A program made the translations under genes and the position numbers. Positions 36,211-45,373 of a stretch of 56,244 nucleotides of DNA are shown in pieces. Origin of the DNA: a virus (taxonomy: Duplodnaviria; Caudoviricetes); IMG/VR virus record IMGVR_UViG_3300032291_002769, positions 1 through 56,244 of that record. One strand, written 5' to 3'. The notes beneath the pieces were generated by a model. It worked only from the letters and a program-made list of their open reading frames with translations, was not told where the DNA came from and made no database searches. The stretch's first letter is position 1. The number at the start of each line of letters is the position of its first letter.

Positions 36211-37142
36211 TCTCTATCATATTTTACAAATTGATTAACTAGTAAATCACCATTGGTTTCAGTTTTAAAACCTTTACCTTTAATTCTTAACGGTTTTGAT
36301 GTATCAAATTTCTTTGGGAACTTAACTGTTAGTTCACCATCCGGATGTGGTATTATAAAAGATTCATTTTTTAAATCATCAAGTTCAAAAAACGCATTAT
36401 AAACTAAATTATTTGCAAATTTCTCAAATCCGTTTTCTTTTTCCATTTGGATTCTAACAATTAAATCACCAAAAATTCCATTTCTATAATCTCCCATTCC
36501 TTGTAATCTAAAAAATTGTCCGTCATCAATTCCATGTGGAATTTTAATTTCAACACTTTTCATTTCATCTTTACCGCCGCTACCATTACATACAAAACAA
36601 GGATTTGGGTTAATGGATCCGGAACCAGAACAAACCGGACATGCCATTGCAATCATTTGAATAAACATGCCACTACCCATTTGTTGCATCACCTGTCCCA
36701 TACCATTACATTGTGAACAGGCTCTTTTATCACCGCCGGTACCACTACAAGTGTCACAACTTGTTTTTCTTTTATAAGTAATTTCTTTTTTAGGTGAAAG
36801 ATATGATTCTAACACACCAACATTTACATTAATATTTGTTGTGTGAACTCTTTGTTGTTGTCTTTGTTGGCCAAACACACTATTGAAAAGGTCACTCATT
36901 GAATTACCAAACCCACCCCCTCGCATTCCAGCAAATGGATTTTTTCTTTCCATATCATACTGTTTTCTTTTTTCGTCATCACCAATTGTGTCGTAGGCCA
37001 CAGATATTTTTTTAAACAATTCTTCATCACCACCTTTATCCGGATGATTTTCTTTTGCTAAATTTCTATATGCTTTTTTAATTTCATCTTGTGTTGCGGT
37101 TTCTTCAACCCCTAGTATTGAGTAATGTGTTTCAGTATTCAT
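36207..37142 (-). CDS. dnaJ: DnaJ chaperone
   Basis: J-domain with HPD, G/F region, four CxxCxGxG repeats, C-terminal domain. Confidence 0.93.
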   Translation of the reverse strand: MNTETHYSILGVEETATQDEIKKAYRNLAKENHPDKGGDEELFKKISVAYDTIGDDEKRKQYDMERKNPFAGMRGGGFGNSMSDLFNSVFGQQRQQQRVHTTNINVNVGVLESYLSPKKEITYKRKTSCDTCSGTGGDKRACSQCNGMGQVMQQMGSGMFIQMIAMACPVCSGSGSINPNPCFVCNGSGGKDEMKSVEIKIPHGIDDGQFFRLQGMGDYRNGIFGDLIVRIQMEKENGFEKFANNLVYNAFFELDDLKNESFIIPHPDGELTVKFPKKFDTSKPLRIKGKGFKTETNGDLLVNQFVKYDRD

Positions 37143-37187
37143 TTATTTTTAAATTTTGGTATTTTTATATATTATAGGAAATTATTT

Positions 37188-37826
37188 ATGAAATATCTAA
37201 TAGTTTTATTCAAAAATAAAGAAAGAAAACGAATAATCAAGAAATTTAAAACTTATGAGAGAGCTATAAACTTTTTTGATTCACAAATTTTAAAAAATAA
37301 AGAGGTCATTTTTGACAAGTCTATTGAAAATGGGGAGTCCTGTTCATTTGAGATTGGTTTACTAGAAAAGGATTCAAACAATTTTGATTTATACTTTATT
37401 AAAGATGATATGGGTAGAAATCTAAAAATTGATCTTGATGATCCGGAATACAAAATATTAAATATTTCAAATTACCGGGTTGAGGAATTGGTATTTGATA
37501 TTTCAAAAAATAAAAAAATATCTTTTAATAAATTTGTTACAAACTATCTAACAAAAGGTTCAATAAAGTTAATTTCTAAATTAAATAATAAGGTTGTTGT
37601 CCAGGATGATGATGTTGTAAATTTATTTTCATTAAAAAGTGATGAAGATTGTTATAGGTTTCTTGATATTTTAGAAAATTATATGTTTAACAAAAAAAGG
37701 TCAGATTGTATCATAGTAACTGATGGTAATATAGCACAAAAAAAATACCTTTATAATCTATTACAATCTAAAGGTATTTCTAAATCAATTTTATACAAAC
37801 AATCAACAACTCATTTTAAAGGTTGA
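37188..37826 (+). CDS. hypothetical protein
   Basis: likely start MKYLIVLFKNK. Confidence 0.65.
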   Translation: MKYLIVLFKNKERKRIIKKFKTYERAINFFDSQILKNKEVIFDKSIENGESCSFEIGLLEKDSNNFDLYFIKDDMGRNLKIDLDDPEYKILNISNYRVEELVFDISKNKKISFNKFVTNYLTKGSIKLISKLNNKVVVQDDDVVNLFSLKSDEDCYRFLDILENYMFNKKRSDCIIVTDGNIAQKKYLYNLLQSKGISKSILYKQSTTHFKG

Positions 37827-38157
37827 AAAGTCTTTTAAAGAATCCTTTTTTGGGTTCTTCAACATTAACTTCCTCTTCTTTAACCTCATCTTCTTTAACC
37901 TCTTCTTCTTTAGTCTCTTGGTTAAACTCATAAGAATTTTCCAAAATAAAAACTATCTCGGTTCCGGAAATATCAATCTTTAATTGGTTTTCATCTATTT
38001 TAATATTTTTAAAGTTTGATCTTACATTATTAAAATTTTTTTGTGATAACTCATATAATATGACAGACTTACTTTCTGGATATATTTTTTGTAATCCATC
38101 AACTACTAAAGCTAAGTTAGTTAATTTAAACTCAAAACTGTTTTGATCTTCTGCCAT
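37816..38157 (-). CDS. hypothetical protein
   Basis: acidic linker and KKGFFKRLF amphipathic tail. Confidence 0.65.
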   Translation of the reverse strand: MAEDQNSFEFKLTNLALVVDGLQKIYPESKSVILYELSQKNFNNVRSNFKNIKIDENQLKIDISGTEIVFILENSYEFNQETKEEEVKEDEVKEEEVNVEEPKKGFFKRLFNL

Positions 38158-38318
38158 AATGTTAATTTTTTAATTTCAGTTTTTGGTTTTACAACTTCAT
38201 CTTTTTTAAGATTTTTAATATGTTGTATAAAATAATTTTTTTCTTTTTCTAAATCTTCTTGGTCCTTCTTAATTTCATTCTGTAACCACTGAATCTGCGT
38301 CTCTTTGTTCTTCATCAC
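38121..38318 (-). CDS. hypothetical protein
   Basis: KLTLWQKIK amphipathic tail. Confidence 0.6.
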   Translation of the reverse strand: MMKNKETQIQWLQNEIKKDQEDLEKEKNYFIQHIKNLKKDEVVKPKTEIKKLTLWQKIKTVLSLN

Positions 38319-38700
38319 TAATACCTAAATTAAATTCGTTTAATTCAAACTTTAATGTTTGTAATTTAGTTAAATCTTGTCTTTCAAATATCCTTTTAAG
38401 TTCATCAACTTTATTTGCAAATAATAATTCTTTTTGTTCTAATTCTTTATTAAACTCAATAATTGAATTGATGTTCCCGGTTGTTTTATTTATCTCTTCT
38501 TCGTTAAAGTCAGAAACAAAACTTAACAATTTCATTCCAGGCTGTGACTTTTCTTGTTCAACAACTTTACCTTCAATTGTATATCTTTTTGGGAACTTCC
38601 AAGTTTGTGGGAATTCAACATCAAAACTTAAGTAGTTTTTTAATTTCCTAATTGATTTCAAATATGGAAATAATTTTTCGGTTTCGTTATAAAATGACAT
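38275..38700 (-). CDS. hypothetical protein
   Basis: ORF in operon. Confidence 0.65.
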   Translation of the reverse strand: MSFYNETEKLFPYLKSIRKLKNYLSFDVEFPQTWKFPKRYTIEGKVVEQEKSQPGMKLLSFVSDFNEEEINKTTGNINSIIEFNKELEQKELLFANKVDELKRIFERQDLTKLQTLKFELNEFNLGISDEEQRDADSVVTE

Positions 38701-38703
38701 AAT

Positions 38704-38889
38704 TTAGTTAAATATATAAGTTAATATGTATGATAGAAAAAGTCCAAATAAAAGGGTTTCCCTATTTGTTAATTCCAATTTTGTTGGGGGATTCCTAAAT
38801 AGGGAAACAACACTCAATAGAATTACTCTTGTAACACCTAATAGTGAAAAAATAAAAATGAATAAAAATATTGTATCGGTTTTTAACAT
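38704..38889 (-). CDS. small two-TM protein
   Basis: two hydrophobic helices. Confidence 0.6.
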   Translation of the reverse strand: MLKTDTIFLFIFIFSLLGVTRVILLSVVSLFRNPPTKLELTNRETLLFGLFLSYILTYIFN

Positions 38890-38890
38890 A

Positions 38891-39067
38891 TTATTTTTTT
38901 CTTTCTTCTAAAATTTCACCTCTTAATGTTTTTAAAAGCTCTCTTACTTCTTGTGAAGTTTTTCTAGCTCTAGTTCCTGCAGCTTTATTACCACTTTGTG
39001 ATTTTTCAACATCAACACTCAAAGATTCAACTAGAGTTTTAATTTTTTGTATTGTACTTTCTTCCAT
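38891..39067 (-). CDS. Hc1-like (histone H1-like) protein, Bacteroidota type (not in ORF track)
   Basis: 58 aa with GNKAAGTRARKTSQEVRELLKTLR signature. Confidence 0.85.
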   Translation of the reverse strand: MEESTIQKIKTLVESLSVDVEKSQSGNKAAGTRARKTSQEVRELLKTLRGEILEERKK

Positions 39068-39126
39068 CTTTAATATTAAAATAAGTTTATTATATAATAT
39101 ACATTATAGCTATTATATTGATAATG

Positions 39127-39600
39127 TCAATATATTATAACCATATTTGTATCTATTGATCTATAGATTGTTAATATGACATCTAAATCAGATTTTGTAA
39201 ATGGTGTTTTTCTATCAAACATCTGTATAAAAAAGTCTCCAATTGATTTTCTTACCTTTTCTTCTTTGTGTTTATAAAAAATCTCACTAAAAAAGTCTTT
39301 AAAATATTCGTAATGTTCTCCTTCTTCATTTATGATTAAACCTTCTTTTTGAAAGTTTTCAATGTTTTTTTTCCAACACCAGTTAAAATGATTTAAGGTA
39401 TCTTTATCGGACATATCAACTAAACTTTCGTTTTTTTCTAAATCACCACCAAGATAAGTGTCAACAATAATTAAAGTAAGACTATATGAAAAATCAAAGA
39501 AAAGTTCTAACTTTTCATTCACAATATTATGTGACCTAAACCATATGTCAACTTCATCATAATTCAATGGTTTTGTTATATAATTAAAAAAATTCTCCAT
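39127..39600 (-). CDS. hypothetical protein
   Basis: DTYLG and HFNWCW.K.IENF.KEG motifs. Confidence 0.7.
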   Translation of the reverse strand: MENFFNYITKPLNYDEVDIWFRSHNIVNEKLELFFDFSYSLTLIIVDTYLGGDLEKNESLVDMSDKDTLNHFNWCWKKNIENFQKEGLIINEEGEHYEYFKDFFSEIFYKHKEEKVRKSIGDFFIQMFDRKTPFTKSDLDVILTIYRSIDTNMVIIY

Positions 39601-39648
39601 AAGACTATATCCTATGGAGAATTATAAGTTCATTTAAGATTTTGTAAA

Positions 39649-40908
39649 TTATTGAGTCTTTTGATTATAACCCATTAATTGTTGTATTCTGCTAAACTCC
39701 TCGTTTAATTTTTTATTTTCAACACTTTCTGTTTTTATTTTAATTCCATTACCACCATTTTCACCAACACCATCAGTTACAGGTTGTTTTGATTTACGAT
39801 AAGCAGTCATTTTTGCTTTATGATATTTTTGTTCTTTTCTTTTTTTGTTAATTCTTTCACCAAGTTCAGTTTCTTCAGCATTAGCCCATTCTGGATTATT
39901 ACCAGTTCTTGATGAACCAGCAATATTATCGTCCATCCATTTATTATCGTATTGAACTTCGTCTGGTACTAAATCCTCCATTCCTGGGTGCGTAAAATCA
40001 TCTAAAAATTCTTTACCATCATCAGACATTGTATATTTTTTTGCGCTCATTTTAGCTAATTGTCCATTTCCTTTTGGAAAATGCTTTGGGTTTGTTTCGT
40101 ACTTACCTTTAGAACCGTCTTTTAAATAATCCGTAAGTTTTTTAGCTACAGAATCAAGGTATTCTTTATTTTCTTTACCAGAACCTTTGTGTGCTTTTTC
40201 ATAAGCTGAAAGTCCTTTTGGTTGTACACCTTTTTTAATATTATCTTTTTTCTTTTCTTCATTAACAATTCCTTCGATAATATCAATAATTTCATTTTCA
40301 GTAAACAATGCCGATTCTTTACCATCGACTAATCTATATAGTGTTTCATCAAGGTCACCTTTTACCGGATAAGTTTTACCGTCAACTTTAAATGATTTTT
40401 TCCCTGCGTCTATGGCCTTCTCTCGGGCACCACTAAAAGCGTTTCCTTCCTCAACTTCTTCATCCATTCCAGCTGTAAAGTTTTGACTAGAACCAAACTC
40501 TAAAATATCACCTTTTTTCATTCCACATTCAACACACTGTCCTTCATAAAATTCACTAGAACCACATTCACAAACATTACCTTCCATATATTCACCTTTA
40601 TTGCCGCACTCCATACATTCTTTTTCTTTCATCTCACCTCTTAATTGTTTGAAGTCGTATCTATCTAGTCTACCGTTTTTATTTTTATCTAGTTTGCGTT
40701 GTTTACCATAAAGTTTTTCCATAACTTCACCGGACATTTTTCCACATTCTAAACATTCACCTTCAACCATTGGTGAACCACATTCACAAATTTCACCTTC
40801 AGACATATGATCTCTTTTAATTTTTCCCATAACATCATTAGCCTTATCTGCCAATGTTTCTGCTATAATATTATTAACTAATTTTTTTAAATATTCCTTA
40901 TTATTCAT
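39649..40908 (-). CDS. putative head or internal protein with CxECG repeats
   Basis: five E-C-x-E-C-G-like repeats, LDKNKNGRLD EF-hand-like loop, C-terminal LNEEFSRIQQLMGY; TATTTAT at 40924-40930. Confidence 0.65.
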   Translation of the reverse strand: MNNKEYLKKLVNNIIAETLADKANDVMGKIKRDHMSEGEICECGSPMVEGECLECGKMSGEVMEKLYGKQRKLDKNKNGRLDRYDFKQLRGEMKEKECMECGNKGEYMEGNVCECGSSEFYEGQCVECGMKKGDILEFGSSQNFTAGMDEEVEEGNAFSGAREKAIDAGKKSFKVDGKTYPVKGDLDETLYRLVDGKESALFTENEIIDIIEGIVNEEKKKDNIKKGVQPKGLSAYEKAHKGSGKENKEYLDSVAKKLTDYLKDGSKGKYETNPKHFPKGNGQLAKMSAKKYTMSDDGKEFLDDFTHPGMEDLVPDEVQYDNKWMDDNIAGSSRTGNNPEWANAEETELGERINKKRKEQKYHKAKMTAYRKSKQPVTDGVGENGGNGIKIKTESVENKKLNEEFSRIQQLMGYNQKTQ

Positions 40909-40931
40909 AATATGTTTTTTATAATAAATAC

Positions 40932-41633
40932 TTATAACTTATTGTTTATTTTAATTTCCTTTAATATAATTTCCTGTATTTGATTTTCATTCAAACCATA
41001 TTTTATTGACATTTTTTTGATAGTTGATTTAAGAGTTTCATTTTCAAAAATATTAAGTGCGTTAATGTCACCTTGATTACAATATGGAAATCTTTTACAT
41101 TTTTTTTTAACCTCCACAAATTTACCACCAGGTAATTGTGTTTTCTTAAATGATCTACCGCTACCTCTTGTATGATTACCTTTCATTTTAACGTCTTCAA
41201 AACCTGGGGCGTCATAGATTCCAAAACCAGTTGATGTAGCTTCTTTAGTTTCAACTTTCTTTGTATTAAATGATAGTGCGGGTTCAAATGCACCAACACC
41301 GGCACCGGCTGACATTGCTTCTTTATTTTCTTCCCTTTTACCTCTAATATTTAATATTGATTGTAAAAAATCTTTTAATTCTTCAGGATTTTTAAGAAAT
41401 TCTTTAATCCCAGATTTTATTTTATTTGCGGATAACTTTTTATTTTTAACAAGTTTTAAAATATCAACCATATCATTTTTATTATTTAAAAAATCATAGG
41501 GTGTTTTCCTTGTTTCTTCGCTATTTTCTTCAAACATATCTTTTTTAGCGTTACCGGCGTCAATACCAATAACGCCTTGATTGAATAGCTCGTCATCAAA
41601 AGCGGACTTAAAGTCGTCTACTAAATTGTTCAT
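40932..41633 (-). CDS. hypothetical protein (putative head-associated)
   Basis: KEAMSAG and KEATSTG repeats, KKCKRFPYCNQG. Confidence 0.65.
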   Translation of the reverse strand: MNNLVDDFKSAFDDELFNQGVIGIDAGNAKKDMFEENSEETRKTPYDFLNNKNDMVDILKLVKNKKLSANKIKSGIKEFLKNPEELKDFLQSILNIRGKREENKEAMSAGAGVGAFEPALSFNTKKVETKEATSTGFGIYDAPGFEDVKMKGNHTRGSGRSFKKTQLPGGKFVEVKKKCKRFPYCNQGDINALNIFENETLKSTIKKMSIKYGLNENQIQEIILKEIKINNKL

Positions 41634-41881
41634 TATAATCCTTTAAATTTAGATTCCCAGAAACTTCTTTGTTGGTACATTATAGTGTAAAACTCTCTGA
41701 AAGATTTTATTATTAAGTCTTTGACTTCATTATTTAATTTACCATTTTTTTTCATCTCCTTTGTTATTCTGTCAACAAGTTTATCCTCAAACTGTTTCGC
41801 AGTACTTGAATTTAGAAAGTCTTTTATTTCTTTTCTAACAAGGGTTTCTATTTCTCTTTTTTCAGCTTGATTAAACGGCAT
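41633..41881 (-). CDS. hypothetical protein
   Basis: ORF in operon. Confidence 0.6.
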   Translation of the reverse strand: MPFNQAEKREIETLVRKEIKDFLNSSTAKQFEDKLVDRITKEMKKNGKLNNEVKDLIIKSFREFYTIMYQQRSFWESKFKGL

Positions 41882-42294
41882 TATTTAAAAAGTTGTATAT
41901 AAGTTATGGTAGCAAAGAATGCTGCCGAAACAATTTCAATTATTGTTGTTTTTGTTTTTAGTCTATGAATTTCATCTCTTAAATCTTTATTGTCTTCTTC
42001 GACTAAATTATATTTTTCTTTATTTGCACCAATAATAACCATACTTTCTTTGTCTTTTTTTTCAAGGTCAACAATTATTAATTCTTGTTTTTTAATCTTA
42101 TTTTCAAGTTCGGTTACTTCATTATTGAATAAAACTTCATTTTTTCTTAAACGATCCAAATCATTTAAATCTAGAAGAATTTTTTTTACAATTTCATTTG
42201 GTATACAAACAACATTAGTATCAATTGTTACCATATTTTGTGATAAAGTAATGTTTGAAAATAATAGAAATAGTATAAAAATTAAATTTTTCAT
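41881..42294 (-). CDS. secreted coiled-coil protein with C-terminal TM (spanin-like?)
   Basis: signal peptide ending LS|Q, coiled coil, C-terminal hydrophobic helix. Confidence 0.6.
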   Translation of the reverse strand: MKNLIFILFLLFSNITLSQNMVTIDTNVVCIPNEIVKKILLDLNDLDRLRKNEVLFNNEVTELENKIKKQELIIVDLEKKDKESMVIIGANKEKYNLVEEDNKDLRDEIHRLKTKTTIIEIVSAAFFATITYIQLFK

Positions 42295-42295
42295 A

Positions 42296-42649
42296 TTAGT
42301 AATTGTATCTTTTTTTTAATGTGCTGTCAATCTGTTTATTTGTCATGCCCGGAATCTCTTTTTTCTTTTGTTCGTAATAATTGTTTATTACAGTTTTTTG
42401 AGATCTAATATTTTCAATATTTTCATCAATTCTTTGTATGTCTTTTTTATATAAAGCAATACTATCGTCAAGTTGTTTTTGTCTTTTTTGAGCTTCAATA
42501 ATTTTTTTATCTAACTCTTCTAATTTATATTTTAATAATTCACTTTTATCTGATACTGGTGTAAAAACTCTAACAAGTAAGAATATTAGTACGCACCCTA
42601 ATAAAATTAGGATAATATCTCTAAAATTTTTTGTAAAAAACTCTTTCAT
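42296..42649 (-). CDS. TM plus coiled-coil protein (i-spanin-like?)
   Basis: N-terminal TM and long coiled coil, near the amidase. Confidence 0.6.
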   Translation of the reverse strand: MKEFFTKNFRDIILILLGCVLIFLLVRVFTPVSDKSELLKYKLEELDKKIIEAQKRQKQLDDSIALYKKDIQRIDENIENIRSQKTVINNYYEQKKKEIPGMTNKQIDSTLKKRYNY

Positions 42650-43293
42650 TATTCTTTTGTTTTTTTTCTAACAGCAATAACTTTTGACCATTTTGTTTTG
42701 AACTTTTCATAGAATGATTTTAATTTATTTACCATTTTTAAAAATTCTTCATCAATTTGCATCATTGTACCATTTATGTAAACACCATTATTTTCTCCGA
42801 TTGAAAAGAAGAACTCAACGTCATACTCGGTTATCTTTCCGGACCACTCAACATTGTTTGGATATAAGTTTAATTTATTAAAATCAACAATCTCAGCAAC
42901 CTCATTAACAAACTCATCCATACTTTCCTGGAACGCTGTTTTATCGTCTGTTGTTAATTGTAAATCTTTTTCAGATTTTCCGTGGATATATAATATTCCA
43001 CCTGAAATCCTATAACCTTTTTTCTTATCACTTTTTACTGTTTCTTCTTCCTTATCATCACCATCTTCAGTTGTTTCATAATCAATTTCGTTTTTAATAC
43101 TATCCATAGGATTATCTCTTTTGGTGATATTATTTGGCTCATCGATTTTACCCATCTGTTCATCTGTTATTGGTTGTTCCATTAAAAGATTATATTTTCT
43201 TTTAATTTCATAATCTTCATTAAGTTTTTTTTCACCACCAAGTAAAGTTCTTGATGCTTTAAGTAAGTTTTTAATTTCTTCGTAGTTATTCAT
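42649..43293 (-). CDS. hypothetical protein
   Basis: NVEWSG...NGVYI...Y..F...W motif. Confidence 0.65.
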   Translation of the reverse strand: MNNYEEIKNLLKASRTLLGGEKKLNEDYEIKRKYNLLMEQPITDEQMGKIDEPNNITKRDNPMDSIKNEIDYETTEDGDDKEEETVKSDKKKGYRISGGILYIHGKSEKDLQLTTDDKTAFQESMDEFVNEVAEIVDFNKLNLYPNNVEWSGKITEYDVEFFFSIGENNGVYINGTMMQIDEEFLKMVNKLKSFYEKFKTKWSKVIAVRKKTKE

Positions 43294-43879
43294 TTTCTAA
43301 TTGTTTTATAAAGTATTCAAAATCAAAAGCCGGACTAACATCTGTTGCATCATCATCAATGTTTGACCTTGTTAATATGCCGTTGAATGTCTCCATTCTA
43401 CTTGTTTTTGTATTATGTCCAATACAAGTTAGGTTTATTGATAAATCTTCTGATAACTTTTGACATAATTTTGCAGTTTGTTCTAACTGAATTTTTGTAT
43501 ATGGTTCCCAGAAAAAATAATCTCTCCACTTTCTATCTACAACTTTTTCTTTATAAATACTTCCAATCCAGTTAATGTGATGATTTTTTAAAGGTTCTTT
43601 TTCAAGCCAACCTAAATTTTCTAAACTTATAATTATTGACTGTTTATCATATACTGGTATTCCAACATATTTCGTATATTGATTAAGGTCAAGTGTGTTT
43701 ACAACATTACCAGATTTATCAACAACAAAGTGTGGGATTCTATTGTAAGTCTTATTATGCCTATATTTTAGTGATGTTAAATATTCTTCAATATTTCTTG
43801 AGGTATGTGTTAAAATTATTTGAGTTTTAACTTCAGAAACTTTGTGTTCTGCAATTTTTTTTTCAATTATCTTAATCAT
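43286..43879 (-). CDS. N-acetylmuramoyl-L-alanine amidase (Amidase_2-like endolysin)
   Basis: IILTHT, PHFVVD..G, SLEN.G, YT..Q and DVSP; the last Zn ligands look degenerate. Confidence 0.75.
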   Translation of the reverse strand: MIKIIEKKIAEHKVSEVKTQIILTHTSRNIEEYLTSLKYRHNKTYNRIPHFVVDKSGNVVNTLDLNQYTKYVGIPVYDKQSIIISLENLGWLEKEPLKNHHINWIGSIYKEKVVDRKWRDYFFWEPYTKIQLEQTAKLCQKLSEDLSINLTCIGHNTKTSRMETFNGILTRSNIDDDATDVSPAFDFEYFIKQLENE

Positions 43880-44834
43880 ATTTGCGATAAGTCAATCTTT
43901 TAGGTTTTTGGATATCATCTTGTTCTGGGTAGTAATAATCTTTAACATCAAAATATTCATCATTATCAACTTCGTCGGCACTTGGTCGGTAGTTAGTCGG
44001 TACTTGGTCGGTAACTTGGTCGGTAACTTCTTCTTTTCTATTTTTTTTAAACGCTTGGTTTGTTGCAATAACTAAAGTTATTGCCAGTGGATCAAAAACA
44101 AATATTAATATTAATATAAAAAGATTTGCAGTTTTTTTAACATTCCAGTCTAATAATTCGCTAATGTATTTAATGGCTCCAAGTTCACTTCCGGATATCT
44201 CCTGGGCTTGCATATCAAGTATCTGAACATCAAGTTTTGTAATACTATCATTAAAAGAATCAATTTTTTTTGATATTGTATCTCTTCTTACTTGAGCTTC
44301 TTTTAGTTGTCCCTCAAATGATTTTCTATTTGCGTTATTTGCTCTTGTAATTAGTTGTCCTGTTTTTTGATCCACCGTTTGTGTTGTGGTATTCGTTGAA
44401 AGTCCGTCTCTTAATTTTGTTATATCACCGTCAAGAGTTGTTTTTTCTTTTGTTAATTCAAGTTTTATTTCCTCAAATCTTTTCTTTTTAACTTCAACAT
44501 TTTTAACTTGTTTTTCACCTATTTCAAGTTTTGCGATATTCCCTTGGAACCCTGTGCTCAATAAACCGTAAATACCAAGTGAGGTAATGATTGATAATGT
44601 AATAAGTGCTATTGTCATATAGATTTTTAATGCACCATATGTTTCTTTCCACTTGTCGTGAAGGTATGTGGCTATGGCAATCTTTGAAATTTCAAGGAAG
44701 GTTCCCATAATTATAACTGGTATTGCAACACCAACAAATACAACAGATAAACCGACAACACTATAATATGCGGCAGTTCCAGATAGACCTAAAGCACAAA
44801 ATAACAAAAACCAAGGTAAAAATTTTTCTTTCAT
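43872..44834 (-). CDS. multi-TM coiled-coil membrane protein
   Basis: AAYYSV.GL, LE..K, SLGIYGLLS and IFVFDPLAI; TATTTAT at 44854-44860. Confidence 0.75.
   Translation of the reverse strand: MKEKFLPWFLLFCALGLSGTAAYYSVVGLSVVFVGVAIPVIIMGTFLEISKIAIATYLHDKWKETYGALKIYMTIALITLSIITSLGIYGLLSTGFQGNIAKLEIGEKQVKNVEVKKKRFEEIKLELTKEKTTLDGDITKLRDGLSTNTTTQTVDQKTGQLITRANNANRKSFEGQLKEAQVRRDTISKKIDSFNDSITKLDVQILDMQAQEISGSELGAIKYISELLDWNVKKTANLFILILIFVFDPLAITLVIATNQAFKKNRKEEVTDQVTDQVPTNYRPSADEVDNDEYFDVKDYYYPEQDDIQKPKRLTYRKYD
43971..44025. repeat. imperfect 11/12-nt tandem repeat (TTGGTCGGTA core, 4-5 copies)
   Basis: cttggtcggta gttagtcggta cttggtcggta acttggtcggta. Confidence 0.6.
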
Positions 44835-44882
44835 AATAATTAAACTATAATTAATAAATACTTATAATAAAGTTTAATTAAT

Positions 44883-45302
44883 ATGTCACAACTTAGAGAG
44901 TTAATTAGAGAACATTTATTAATGGAAGAAGTAATTGCAAATTTAAAAAGTAATATTACAATAGATTTTCAAATATCAAAACACGATACTGGTGTTCATT
45001 TTAATAAAAGACAAGGTAGACACGACGAATATATTTATCGTGAAAAAATTGAAGGTCTAATTGAGGATGCTATTGACGAAATTGCAACACAAATTGTTCA
45101 ACACAATATAAGACATATGAGAAGATTTGTGATAAGTCGAGAAGGTGGTGACTATTTAAATGTTGTCATTGAACCTAGTATTATTAATGGTAATTCTTGG
45201 AATTTGGCTGTTGTAACTGTTATGATGAAACCAAATTTTGATGTAAAGCCTGGACAGCTTAGGTTTTTTGTGTCTACAAATGAAGACGAAGATTATGATT
45301 AA
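44883..45302 (+). CDS. hypothetical protein, possible BECR/RelE-like fold after a leader
   Basis: MSQLRELIREHLLME leader; HFNKRQGR...I...VVTVM pattern. Confidence 0.55.
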   Translation: MSQLRELIREHLLMEEVIANLKSNITIDFQISKHDTGVHFNKRQGRHDEYIYREKIEGLIEDAIDEIATQIVQHNIRHMRRFVISREGGDYLNVVIEPSIINGNSWNLAVVTVMMKPNFDVKPGQLRFFVSTNEDEDYD

Positions 45303-45330
45303 AAAAAACCACACCGCTTTGAGTGTGGTT
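45301..45330 (-). terminator. intrinsic terminator
   Basis: AACCACAC/GTGTGGTT hairpin followed by U8. Confidence 0.8.
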
Positions 45331-45369
45331 GCCTAAGTGTATGATGACAAATAGGTCTTTTTAAATAAC
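45301..45369 (-). ncRNA. candidate ~70-nt small RNA
   Basis: consensus promoter directly upstream, no start codon, ends in terminator. Confidence 0.5.
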
Positions 45370-45373
45370 TATA

